From assembly GCA_965285935.1 (NCBI GenBank), contig OZ260664.1, positions 33,480,001-33,544,000 on the forward strand: a stretch of 64,000 bases of DNA, written 5' to 3'. The notes beneath the pieces are model-generated. The model was not told the origin of the DNA and made no database searches. It saw nothing but the letters and a program-made list of their open reading frames with translations. A program made the translations under genes and the position numbers. Positions 24,201 through 35,537 of this stretch are shown piece by piece. Within the stretch, counting starts at the first letter, position 1. Each line of letters opens with the position of its first letter. Origin of the DNA: Ophelia neglecta (taxonomy: Eukaryota).

Positions 24201-27200
24201 TTCCAAACACATAAATTTGTTTTGAAGTATTTTTTTTTTGCAATTCATCATACAACGCATTTAGTTGCTCAATGATCAGCAGAACGCTCCTAATCATTAT
24301 TACGCTGCTAACATTATATCATAATCATTATTTCAGAGCTAATAAACGGTAGAACAGAAATATATACGCATATCGTTGTCTAAATAATCTGGATAATATT
24401 TCCTCAATCAAAAAAAAACTTAGTTGGTACATTGCTTCTACCGATAGTTTATAGATTACATGAATAAAATTGCGCATCTGGACCTATATAAACAATCATT
24501 TGTTTCGACAGGCATTACATCCAACATTCAATGAAACAACTGGTGCTTGGGGTAAATCTGTTTCTCTTATCACGCTATCTTTCCGGCGCTGATTTTCTTC
24601 CTATCGATCTCAATATGAAGACGCGTGAAGAAGGCGTGTGGACGGTTTTACAAATAAGTAGGCTGGTCTATTATTGATAAATGGGAAGGACTAATCCGTT
24701 TGGCGTGCTTCTCAATCAGGACCAATTCCTGTTATAACGGAATCGTATTTGAGCAGCGGAGCATGCCTTATGTCCCGTTCTGAATAACTAATGAAGCAGC
24801 AGCTGAGATGAATTATATTAGTTGTACTTCTCATAAAACATGTTCAGTAACAGATCGGTTCACGTAATTTCCCCTAGTTGGATTATTGATTCTCATCAAT
24901 TTGATTAATAAACTGGAGATTTTCCTCGCGTGTTGATAGTAATACTGCTATTAGAACTCGCATTAAGTAAGCATATAATATTAAGAACGTGTAAGCCACT
25001 CAAAAAACATTTAATTTGAAGCCTACCAAATAAATGGAGCATATTTTTTTTGGATAATGCAACAAACTAATTTCGGAGTGATTTTCTACAAGGTGTCCTC
25101 TGGTTATAGATAGCTGATGTACTTTACACTAATATTCAATCAATGAAAAAGCTATACAATGCGCATCGAAGGAAAAGAGCTGCTGTCATGTATAATGTTA
25201 AGGAACGGGGGATTGATCTATTGTGGCCGTTGGCTGACCGTTCATGATCATCTGGACAGATTAAGTCTACTATACTTGATTACAGATTATGTTTTTTTTT
25301 TGAAGGGGGGAGGGGGCTTTCTGTTCAACAAATGGGAGAAATTGGCGATTACCTAGTGTGTAAACTACAATTAGCTGGTCATTCTTTAAAAAAGTCAGAT
25401 AAATAACCAAAGACCACACAAGAATGGATAGATTTCATTTGGATAAAAAGGCATGGTGTCATTTGAATCCTAACTTATAACTTATAACTTGATTTATATA
25501 ATGCATAAAAGTTAGTATCTGATAAGCTTAAAGTATTTGACAGCCGGGAATGGCAACTGGCCAAATTAAATGTTAGTACGCTTACCGCTTCAGTGTGGAT
25601 TGGATGAACAGCAAACATTGTTCCAGCGAGTGAGGCCAACTTGATATTCTTGAAAACAAAGTCCTTGCAAACAAATGTAAATAGAAGGGAAGCCACGAGG
25701 TGGAGACACACATTGACGATATGGTAGCTGAATGGACTGTATCCTGACATCATGTGGTTTAGTCTGAAAATGCCGGACATGCGATAAGTATTGCAAATAA
25801 AGTCGCATTATCCCCCATCCCTTCTTATTGCGAATTTTATATCAAAAACATTTGATCGCCTTGATTTGGCTAAAACAGTATTGGGACTAATTTGGGACGT
25901 TACTATCTGGGCTGTGTAGCGAAAATAAGAATTTTGCAATATAGTGCCATAGGCGTTTGGTAAGCAGCCAGTTGAACCGTTCCTCGACGGTATTTTCTTC
26001 GGTAGTTTGCTATTTGCCTCAGGCAGAGGTCAAAACAATCTTGTAACCTTTGTAAGAGAGATAAAATAATATATATTTAAGCCTGCCGCACTATAATTAT
26101 TGAAAGGGCCTTGTGATGTAGGTATAATTGGTAAGCTGGCAAATTGGTAGCATACGACTGCGATGATATACACTTAAGAAGTCATGACTGCACATTCCAT
26201 ACATAATCCAATGTTTCTTTTGGTCAACTAGCAGTGCGCGTTTCTTCATTTACAGCTACGAAACATCGCAGGTGCCTTTTAGCGTTCATGAAGGCGGTAT
26301 GCACTGATAACGCAATACACATAGTTTATCACGGTCCAGTGGATGTCAATCTGATATTTTTTTTTGAAAAACTAAACTGAAACAGGTTTGTTGAGGATAC
26401 TATCTAAAGAACGGAAAGACAGACTATAACAATTCATCAGTGGATATTTACGTGGTTGTGATTGGTGATTGATTCAAGAAACTTCTACAATCATGACCAA
26501 CAAATAAATGATGATGATTACTATCCTTGTTAATTCGACCCAATTTCGCAGGACACACCTTTGTGTATATTCTGCTTGTGTGTCATCTTCACGTAAATCA
26601 TTTGGGCACATGTTAATGCTATCAATGTCCGTTAAAGCAATCATTATTGCTATATATGTTTAAAACGCATTTAAAGTGCTGACTAGGTACCTTACTTATT
26701 CGTGGTCATAATATCGATGCATATGCAGCAGGAATGCTGGCCAATGTTTATGGCATTCATTATTTTAAGCAAAATATATCATTAAAATAACACTGGTATC
26801 TTCAAAGTTAAATCACTCTTTTGTAGAGTCAGTAATGGGGACCTTGTTCAACTTTTCTTTGGTGCCCAAGCTGGAAAATCAACACCGGCCAAACCTGCTT
26901 GCGGAAACAGAACCTTCTGGGCATAGCACTCGGGTGATTAGAAGTACCGTTTCGACTGTAACAACGAATCCTAACTAAGGTAGCTTTCAATTATGGCGTA
27001 TTGGTATTATCATCTTACATTTGCGGTTCTTAAGTTGGATGTTGTGGAGAGTCGCATCATATAGTTTAACAAACATTCCAAGAAGTGCAGTCTTTTATTG
27101 TGCTGATATGATGGTCCGATTAGGGAATATAGTTGGTTATTGTTATAGGTAAAGCGGATGGCGAGTTTTGATTCGCGTTCTCTGCTACTGTTTGAAATAG

Positions 27201-27781
27201 CAGAGCAGAGGGTTCCAAACAGGTTGTGTCACTCCTGCGGTGTCGGAAAGACAAAGTGTGACCATGTCGCCATAAGTAACCACTCTGCTAGTTATATCGC
27301 ACAGACACGTTCACGCAATCTTTATTTAAAAGGCACATGCTTCTTGTTATATTGACCTTCCTGGTAACTATTTAAAATACCCATAAACATATTATTCCAC
27401 CCATCTGCAAAGATTAGACCTTCGCCGTACATACCTGAATGTCAAGACAGTGAGAGGCCGGTATGACTTGTGACTGGTGTTATCCATCATTGCTTTCCCC
27501 CAGAAGTCATTTCGAAACATGGTGTGGAAATCTGTATCTCCTCTCACGTCTGCATTCTTAACGATGGCCGGGATGTCATCGTGAACAAATTCTCCCCACA
27601 GACTGTTTACGTAGCATCCTACAGCAGCTACTCCGACTAATATGTAATGCAGCCATTGCGAGTTATCCCAATAAGGCTGACGGTGTTTTCCGACAGGTCT
27701 CCTAACTATGTAATTGTTGTTTCCAATCTTACGACCGAAATCCATTGAGCAGACGGGCATGTCGAACAGCCACATGTTCAT
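17710..27781 (-). CDS. TMTC1: TMTC1-like protein O-mannosyltransferase (GT-C TM domain, DUF1736, TPR array); 17 coding exons, ~976 aa
   Basis: Motifs GEFVHDD, NDFWGKAMMDNTSHKSYRPLTVLTFR, HPIHTEAVAGIVGRADVL, KEQGIT, FTEQDNPA, PFLPASN..GFVIAER.LYLPS and TPRs (HYNYAN, YNNLG, HFNLG, HHNLG). All 16 introns are GT-AG and phases join into one 2931-nt frame. FVHDD and GK.M..NTSHKS resemble TMTC1 more than TMTC2-4. The exact start ATG is uncertain (27781 is the first in-frame ATG after the last upstream stop). Confidence 0.93.
18305..18424 (-). CDS. TMTC1: TMTC1 coding exon 16 (AVEILEDK...FYLNLGKHYRDLDNLDLALY)
   Basis: ttttacAG acceptor, TAC|GTGAGT donor. Confidence 0.9.
18543..18680 (-). CDS. TMTC1: TMTC1 coding exon 15 (AHSLSEAGRYDQA...NMKQHKK)
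   Basis: ttgaAG acceptor, AAG|GTAAGA donor, TPR-like. Confidence 0.88.
18948..19092 (-). CDS. TMTC1: TMTC1 coding exon 14 (AMAVSDDP...YGIHL)
   Basis: ttgtgaAG acceptor, TTG|GTATGC donor. Confidence 0.88.
19189..19324 (-). CDS. TMTC1: TMTC1 coding exon 13 (TPRs)
   Basis: tttaaAG acceptor, AG|GTATAT donor, phase 1 to 2. Confidence 0.88.
19469..19680 (-). CDS. TMTC1: TMTC1 coding exon 12 (TPRs)
   Basis: catccAG acceptor, G|GTACAT donor, phase 2 to 1. Confidence 0.9.
19881..20024 (-). CDS. TMTC1: TMTC1 coding exon 11 (LWPNYASAYNNLGTL...AHFNLGANL)
   Basis: ttttAG acceptor, TG|GTAACA donor, TPR motifs. Confidence 0.93.
20144..20257 (-). CDS. TMTC1: TMTC1 coding exon 10 (SGLVDSPRNAKMHYNYANYLKDQG.., TPR)
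   Basis: atttcAG acceptor, AG|GTTTGT donor, NAK.HYNYAN.LKDQG typical of TMTC1. Confidence 0.95.
20385..20735. repeat. Interspersed repeat, copy 1 (in TMTC1 intron)
   Basis: Core 20553-20691 matches 51223-51361 at 129/139 ungapped, with weaker homology on both flanks. Confidence 0.85.
20899..21063 (-). CDS. TMTC1: TMTC1 coding exon 9 (MGLIII...RNKVWQTRETLF)
   Basis: atttcAG acceptor, AG|GTAAGA donor. Confidence 0.95.
21170..21291 (-). CDS. TMTC1: TMTC1 coding exon 8 (..[24 protein letters not shown])
   Basis: ctacAG acceptor, AG|GTAAGC donor. Confidence 0.95.
21484..21670 (-). CDS. TMTC1: TMTC1 coding exon 7 (LLTYAYLPVLNLWLLICP..YDYQ..D.RN)
   Basis: tgttgcAG acceptor, CAG|GTATAA donor, DUF1736. 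Confidence 0.93.
22499..22602 (-). CDS. TMTC1: TMTC1 coding exon 6 (AIIFLYVRIRVQGWQLPTFTEQDNPAAFSSSLLT)
   Basis: tttttAG acceptor, AA|GTGAGT donor, DUF1736 F..QDNPA motif. Confidence 0.93.
22721..22799 (-). CDS. TMTC1: TMTC1 coding exon 5 (KGRHRFPSLKRIFSQNTPRHIGLSLT, variable loop)
   Basis: gtttcAG acceptor and ACA|GTATGT donor. It supplies the required phase 2 to 0 bridge, but the sequence itself is poorly conserved. Confidence 0.72.
23293..23463 (-). CDS. TMTC1: TMTC1 coding exon 4 (..AMLAKEQGITVLG..)
   Basis: tttccAG acceptor, GG|GTGAGC donor, KEQG motif. Confidence 0.93.
24039..24112 (-). CDS. TMTC1: TMTC1 coding exon 3 (VAGIVGRADVLCAVFYLLSYVTYL)
   Basis: ttctAG acceptor, GG|GTGAGT donor. 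The conserved GIVGRAD motif is in a frame not shown in the ORF track. Confidence 0.95.
25586..25763 (-). CDS. TMTC1: TMTC1 coding exon 2 (LNHMMSG...HPIHTEA)
   Basis: ttttcAG acceptor, GCG|GTAAGC donor, phase 2 to 0. Confidence 0.95.
27435..27781 (-). CDS. TMTC1: TMTC1 coding exon 1 (MNMWLF...FVHDD...SHKSYRPLTVLTFR)
   Basis: Donor AG|GTATGT after 27435. The exon probably extends as 5' leader to the acceptor ttttaacAG at 28053-28054, or to tttcAG at 27901-27902. Confidence 0.9.
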
Positions 27782-27883
27782 ACTGCGCCACCATGGCTGC
27801 TGCCTGCTGACTGAGCCCAGCAATCACTGTGCGGCCCTTTAACGGTTCCTGGCATTATCCATCGCTCCTTTTGCGCCACTGGC

Positions 27884-28656
27884 GGCATCATACGGTGCGG
27901 CTGAAATAGCTGAATCAAGTCTGGCCGAAGTGCAAACATTCCAAAATGAGTGGTCGATCATGATTGTCCCGGCTAATTCACACAAGCCCCTGACGCGTGT
28001 TACTCGGGCGTGTACCTGAATTCTGTAACTAATTCTGTTACCGAAACATGATCTGTTAAAAATAAATTAATAACGAAATAGCTTTAAAAAAAATGTAAAC
28101 ACCCCAAAAAGGCACACCTGAAGATTTTTACCACATAAGGAATCTTGGTGTTGACTGTTTGGTCATGTACAGAGTTTTAGTAAGGTCTTCTTATTGCAAT
28201 ACATGCGCATATAATACATGTCTTTCTCCTTAAAACGGGCTGTTAGCTATTTCACCACATATAAAATTGAAACAGACAGAACACGTTTCGTTCAAGTTTG
28301 CTTAGGTAGCTAAAATATAATTATTTCACAAATAACACACAACTCGTTAACAAGTTTACAAAGATACTTTGTTTACCATCGATCGAGGTATACATGCCTC
28401 AGCAATGCTATAATCTCACCTTTACGCTTAGATTATCGCAGATATGTGAACATGACCATTAATATCTCAATATCTACAAAACCTATTTCGATCAATGACT
28501 TTCGCAGCCACGATCATTTAACTTACGTTGAGAAAAAAATCGTATATGCCACCGTGCAGCCGTTTCCCCTTTAATCACCCATATTGCCATTATCCTATGT
28601 CTTTGCCAACTTCGGCCAGACTTGATTCAGCCATTTCAGCCACACCATATGATGCC
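27884..28656. repeat. 48-bp inverted repeat pair (27884-27931 / 28609-28656)
   Basis: The reverse complement of 27884-27931 equals 28609-28656 at 45/48 positions. Confidence 0.95.
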
Positions 28657-30342
28657 TGCCAATTGACCGCAGCCCCTTTCATAGGAATGCCCATGATAAG
28701 GACCATGTTTGACAAATTTCTTGCACTGGAAAAAGCTATTGGAAAGAGCAAATATATTGAATTCCTATTGATCCTCTATTTTCATATAAATTCCACAAAT
28801 AAAAAGAATAACCCTTCATACAACATACTGTTTCCTAAGAGAAACACGTAAAATGAAATCTAATTCACTGTAAACAATATTTCCTATGCATTATTTGAAA
28901 AAGTGTGTCGTATATTTGTGTTTTTAGTTTTTTTACAGGTATATCTTTGTGCCCCATACAGTGATAAAGTATTATTTTCTATCTAACATTTGTATATACC
29001 TGTACTCAGGTTTTCGCATTTTTTTGCGTGTTAAAACGAAATAGCGTACCAGTGAGTTACTGTTGGTGACATTAAGCAATTTTCCTATTTGAAATATCAA
29101 ATAAATCTTTTTCATTCCAAAATAAATAAAAATAGGGAATAGTCTGCTTTGTGGGAATAGGAACAATAAGTAACTAGAACTAACACAATACGCGAATCGT
29201 TTACCACCAAAAACTATTCATTATACGAGGATTATAATATCACTAGGATATAAAAAAATTGCATTGCCTAAGAAAAGAACTCGTTAGTGCCAACGACCAA
29301 ACCTCGAGAGTGTAGATTTATGTCTAAGAGCTGACAGAGGAGGCCTATAATCTGACACCGATTGCGTGTTAGTCAATGTCTTACAACGGTTGTGATATAA
29401 TTGGCCACAACTGGCATGGAAATGCTTTTACTGCAGTTAGAGAAGTGTCGTGTCTATGTATATTTTTCCTTTCTGGGGCATGCATCGCCTTTAATCATCG
29501 GATCTCAATACAGTCTACTAATTTTACTAAGGTAAAATATTGATAGATTGTTTGGCAGCTTTTACGTCCTCCCTTTTAAGACGAGGTGTTTTAAACCAGG
29601 AGGCTTAATTGGCTTCGAGAGCTCGCACATACTCTCGAGATGTATGCACTCGAGCTCACTAAATTCGTAGTTGAGTCAGAGGGGTGAGCTATAAAGAGGT
29701 TTTTAATGCAAATAAACTACCTGGCCAGCTGTTTTCCCAGTACAATAGGAATACAGCGATGAATCCAAATAAATCTGCTGTCCAGCCAATTAACGCTTTT
29801 GCACCAAGGAACTTTTCTTGGCCTAGCCATTTTTATCAAGTTTCAAAAAAGTGTATAGATGTTCTTTCTAGTAAATTGGTGAGTTGTAAATGAACTAGGT
29901 GCACAAGCAAAAATTATGAGCGATTATTAAACTACAATAAATTGAATTATTTTTGGAAAAGGATGCCCCACATCTAGATTTATTATAACCGCTATCGTGT
30001 GGGTACAAAGTACAAAACATAGTTCGAACAGTGCACTAGGACTAGGGTGATTTGTGTTTACCATTGACCGCCGCTAATATGACTTATTCATGTTTGCTCA
30101 CCACCACATTTCTTAACCAGATTTCCATTAAAATCTTAGCAGGGCCACTAATCACTCCTGAACCTCTGCTAGGCACCACTATTTTTCACGGCTCATTTCA
30201 TGGAGACTAATCTCAACAGCATTTTTAACTCTATGCATAGTCAAACTTCTACACCATATGCTAGTAAAATGATTTTATCATCGTTATTACAAAAAAACAC
30301 CACATTACATTCGATAATACATGATAATACATGAATACGAAA

Positions 30343-30552
30343 CCATGGCAACAAGGCCAAATGCAGTTTTTGAATTTTGACACCAGCTGGGGTGCACACT
30401 ATGGCATTATTGAGCTTTGATCCTTACACACACATATGGCGTAAGGGGGTCTTTTCTGGCAAAATTCTTAAAATTTGTTTAAATTGGTACCAAAAATATT
30501 CTTGTCTTCATGGGTGGTTACAAATTTGATAAAATCTGGCCTTGGTTCATGG
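30343..30552. mobile_element. Possible old MITE in putative TMTC1 intron 1
   Basis: CCATGGCAACAAGGCCAAAT vs rc CCATGAACCAAGGCCAGAT at the ends. Confidence 0.35.
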
Positions 30553-30671
30553 AATATATACAGTGTTCAGTCACTGCCTTGAGTAACTTTAGAGGCCAAA
30601 ACCAGATTAAGTTCCCGCTGCGATCCTTAGCCAAGTGAGAGAAGCTATTTTTATAAGCGTCACAGCCTTAC

Positions 30672-30800
30672 CTGCAATTGAAGTAAATCCAACAGTTTCC
30701 AAATGTCCGATATCCTAAATGTGCAGGTCGAAAACCTCGGTCACAAAACGGCCATCACTTTTGCCAGGCTAGAATGCATGACCGTCCGCCAACTCGTTTT
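30672..30800 (-). other. Putative non-coding first exon of TMTC1 (5' boundary unknown)
   Basis: Consensus donor CAG|GTAAGG after 30672, next to a relatively CpG-rich stretch (~30730-30960) that could hold the promoter. Confidence 0.45.
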
Positions 30801-32779
30801 CAGCGCCTACTGGTTGTTTTAGTATGCCAATACTTCTTCAAATTACAATTTGTGATTTGTGACTGGCAATGAATATGTTGGCGATGCTCATGGCATTTAA
30901 AAGGTGAATACCTTCTTCAATAAAGCTACTATGTTATCGGGCGTCGTGTGCGCCAAGTCATTAAAAATGTCAAACTAACTATAAAAACCGACGAAATATT
31001 GCGCCTTTAACACTCTTCTGAGAGTGAGCACTGAACATAAATTTCGGTCAATTGGAAGCATGATTGTGGAAAGATTGAACCAAACAACATTTTTTTTACA
31101 GTTTAATCTTTTTTCAATCAAATTATATTCAATATCTTCAAAACAACTGATACTTGCTTTGCGTGCTTTGTTGTAATATTAATCTGTGCTTTGCACAAAA
31201 TTGCATATTAGCCTATTTCATTCTATTACCAATACCTGTCGAACTTTGATATTGTATGTAAATGAGGGGAAAGTAGCAATGTTGTTCAATTGTACTGGAA
31301 CCAGCTTATTAAACGTACCTTATTAGACAACGAAAGAGTTAAATGAACATTCACTAATATACTGATTGCATGCATATTATTGTTACACCTTTTTAGTCTC
31401 GAGGAATATGTAATAGGATCCCACAATTCCTCGGGCAGGTATTATATATGTACGCATTTTATACAGTTGCTTATTTTAATGGAGAATTTGATAAAGAGAA
31501 GTACCAAAAAACTTACTAAATATCAGAATTGGAACATCTGTATAAGGGGTAATGGTTTGGTGCCAGTAATGGCTGCCATATAGCAGTTTGTAATTGCCTC
31601 TACCAATGACATAGGTTTACTTCTTTATAGGTCGTTCCATTCTACATCTTATTTCAATCGTTTGGTGTTTATATGGAGTCTTTGAAGCTGGCCTCCGTTG
31701 GTCGACTACTGACCTCTATATACTGCGCAAAGAGTGCCCAATAGCAGGATTTCTCCATTGTCTTAGTTCCCAGGTACTGGGTCAAACTTTATGTGGCACC
31801 TACTTGGTATGACATTTCAAACAGCACAATGAAGGAATAAAGGAACAATTATCTTTGAACTTCGATAAGCCCCCCCCCCCCCCCCCCCCGCCAACAAGCA
31901 TACGTACTTTATGAAGTGATGTAACCTTCATTTTAACTGTTTAATTTTCTATGGAGCCACTGACTTAATTGCCATGGTGTGGTTCGCACCCGAAGTTAAA
32001 CTCAAAACAGTTAATTAAAATAATGGTGATTTCACTATGAATATATGACATAGAATATAAGCGAGACAGGAATTATAATAAGTGCAATCCTTACAGTATT
32101 TTTACAAACCACTACACTCTAGCTGGGATCGATGTAAAAGATGCCAGTTATCCCCAAGACCCCAACATAACTGTCAATTATGACCGAAGCCATACTAGCC
32201 TGAGTGAATGACCCAGAATGAATCACTGCTAATCGTGTCCTCCGATGAAGGATTGAATAGCACATTATATATGCACTGGAAAGTCCAAAGTTTCTCTTCA
32301 TGACTGGTACCTTTTTTAAAACAATAGCACTCAGTATCCTAGGCATGCATAATTCGTAGGGGGTTTACCTTTAGATAAAGTCCAAACTTTATAATAAGTA
32401 CTTAATTTAAAAACAAGGACGTTAAAATGTAATATCAGTATCACTTCCATGTTATAGACATTAATATACTACTCCGATCTCTTACTAGTCTGTTTTAGTC
32501 CGTAGTATGATGTAAAAACTAAAGTATTAAGAATGCTATCAAAATACATTGAAAAAGTTTATTACGGTAGTGATGCAGAAGGAGGATACTGGAATTGTTA
32601 GCACATGGTTATTGTATGTGGTGACATATTAATTAAAAGTTCATTAAACCTACTCACCAGGTGTGGAATCAGCAGCTTCATCGTATAGCAGGCATTCCTT
32701 CTTATGGGTGACACGGTCTATAACACGGTCTGGCTTGTATGATGAAGTGCATTGAACATTTCCTATTTACTAGTAAGAG

Positions 32780-32950
32780 AGGATGTACAAGAGCAACTTC
32801 AGTGGTCCAAGAGTCGATCCTTGTGGCTCGCCCCATATGAGTAAGCTTGCACAAGGGTCGACGCCTATCGATACTCTCTGTCGGGATGTCGGATATACAT
32901 TCAGTATTCAGTTAAACGCAGCGAGGAAGGTTATCAATGTTATGCTGGCC
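32780..32950 (-). mobile_element. CR1/L2-type LINE reverse-transcriptase fragment
   Basis: The minus strand reads SRQRVSIG...GEPQGSTLGPLKLLLYI, matching the R.Q.V...GVPQGS.LGP.LF..YI motif. Confidence 0.6.
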
Positions 32951-35537
32951 GTACTCGTGTTAAAAGCCAAGATAAACGAAGTAGCGTATATTACATAGAA
33001 GAATGAACGTAATTGAATAAGAAGTAGAAAATGCAAAATAATTAAAAACAATTACTCACTTATCTCGTCCAATTCTAAAGTATAAACCTTTATAAACCAG
33101 ATACATCCTCTGTTTATGTCTGATTTATGTAACTAGCGCGATGGTTTAAGTGTGCCTCACCAAATATAAGAATAAAAAACCAAATCCTGGGAGTTCCATT
33201 TAAGAGTACACTAGTTCGTTTGCTCATTCATGCTACGAAGAGATAGCAGAAAAAAATGGTCGACCGGGTGTCTGAATAATGAAGTATTAGTAGGGCGGAC
33301 TACAAGTTTGATGTAAAATGGATGCCGAGAATTGTAGATCAGTGACCCATTGGTAAGAAGACTTGTAACTTGCCTCCTTTTTTATCATACAGTTGATATT
33401 GCTTATATATGGTTTTGTTCCACACGCCATAGCTACCAATAACGTATCACCGATCTATTCATATTATGCAAATATTGGTGATGAATTACCCTGCAGTAAC
33501 TGACAGTTAACGAGACTTGCTTGTGGTCGTTCTTTTTCCTCGGCAGTCAAGTTCGCCTAATTGAATGCCTCCCAGACATGGCCGTGAATCTCAATTGATT
33601 ATCAATCGGTCCATGATGGCTACGATGATCGAGGATTACAGAAAATGACGACACGCGAGCTGTGAATAAATTGATATGCATGTCATCAAAACACGAGAAT
33701 AGATTAAAACGAACCTTCAAACAGACTGCCTTACACAAAGCACTAGTCACATAAACTGATTTAAAAAAGAACAGATCAACCAAAAGATATCTTATGATAA
33801 TGACAAGAAACATGTACAGGCCAATCTCAGACGGAACATAAAATCTGTGTCCGATTGCCCATTACACATTACCTGACTGATAGACATATCTTAAGCAATT
33901 TAGTATTCTATATATGTCATGCTTGAAATATGAAACCTACCTCGCGGCTTTTGTTTTTCACTATTTTAATGTTGGTTAAAATAAAAATGATATCACGTTG
34001 ATGGTAAGCGATTTAAAGCTTTGCAATTGATTCAGTATCCGACGTGTGCCTTTAATGCAATGTTCGTCTTGCAACGTTAGCATCGCCAAGAACACATCAA
34101 CAGAGACATATTCTTAACTCTTTAAACATTTTTTATATTGTAACCAGACTAAAATCTAAAATAGTTTCAGATCCTAAGCTTTAAAACTACAATATGTCAT
34201 TGCAACATGTAAAGTGAGAATAACTTTTGTCCTCCTTTAATTATTTTACTCTTTAATGCCTGACGTTGTGAATAATTACACTTTGACAAATGAATATACT
34301 AGTCGATTCTGGGAGCACTCAGATGCTTTGCCTTTGCTAAATGCCGTCCAACTAGACTATGAGGTTCCGCACATCACACCAAGGAATAAACATTTGTATT
34401 GCTAAGATTCTGTGACCTTTTCATACGAGATGCTTTCAATATTGTATCCTCCATATAGTGTTTTACGCATATAAACATCAGCCAGTATATGTTTAGTAGT
34501 AATAAACAATACCATATATTTTGAATTATGTTTGTTTTTCGGAGTGTATGAATATATACGTGTAAAGATTTGAAGTGAACTGAGTTTATCAAGATATAAT
34601 ATGTTGTCTGATTAATCTGCACTCGTCGGACAACTTCTTTACTCAACTGGATTTTGTTCGAGAGATGCTAAGCAATACACAATTATGAAACTGATGTCCT
34701 AACAGTAATCAATCACTCTTCACTGAACCTCTGACAACATTCGAATAATTGAAAAAGTTGATTGCCATGGACGTTTTATAGGACAGCCCCTTAAAAAGAC
34801 GGGCTTTGAAACATAATTCAATGGTTCCATGTTTCAATCTCTGATAAGATTGGCATATTTGCAAGAGTGTCTTCCATTTAGCCACGTACAAGAACAAACA
34901 AAACTTTATCATATTCACGATAAATGCTAATACTTCTTATAGATTGACATGTCTTTTGTCAACGTATCACAAGGGTTTCAGTGTGCCTGATAGCCATATC
35001 TCCATATTCGGTGGTCGGGCGGAATTTTGCCATACATCTTTTAATGTGCTTTTCGTTTAATGTCCTTGGATGAAAAGAAATGGGATCACACACTTACATG
35101 TACTCACAAATTCACATTGGATTAGGTGTTTACCCCTGCGCACTCTTTTCTCTATTCATATTCAGATAGGTTTTGCTAGGTGCTCACCATTATATTGGTC
35201 ACAAATGTTAGTGTCAAACTGTGTTCAGTGATTGGCAATTGCTTTTAAACATTGAATTTGGTAATGCTAAATCGCATGTGTCAATACAAATCAAATGTTT
35301 TGTCTCATGGATCGTTTATATACCAAGAAAAAAAACAGGTAATTTTGACATATTAAAATAGTACATCATGTTTGACCCAAACTTGTCTATATTAGAATAA
35401 CACATTGTAATTATATATCAAACAAGGATGACACTTTATTGGCTGTCAATCTAGACAGCCAATGATTTCGTTTGAGTATTGGTTATGATACTCCAAAACA
35501 TTCATTTACCTATTAATTTTTCCATTAACTATATTAT

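Noticed and set aside
28528-28851. 107-aa + strand ORF sharing TSARLDSAISA.PYDA with a TMTC1 uORF
   Set aside because: The similarity is a by-product of the inverted repeat. It has a TTG start and no coding signature elsewhere.
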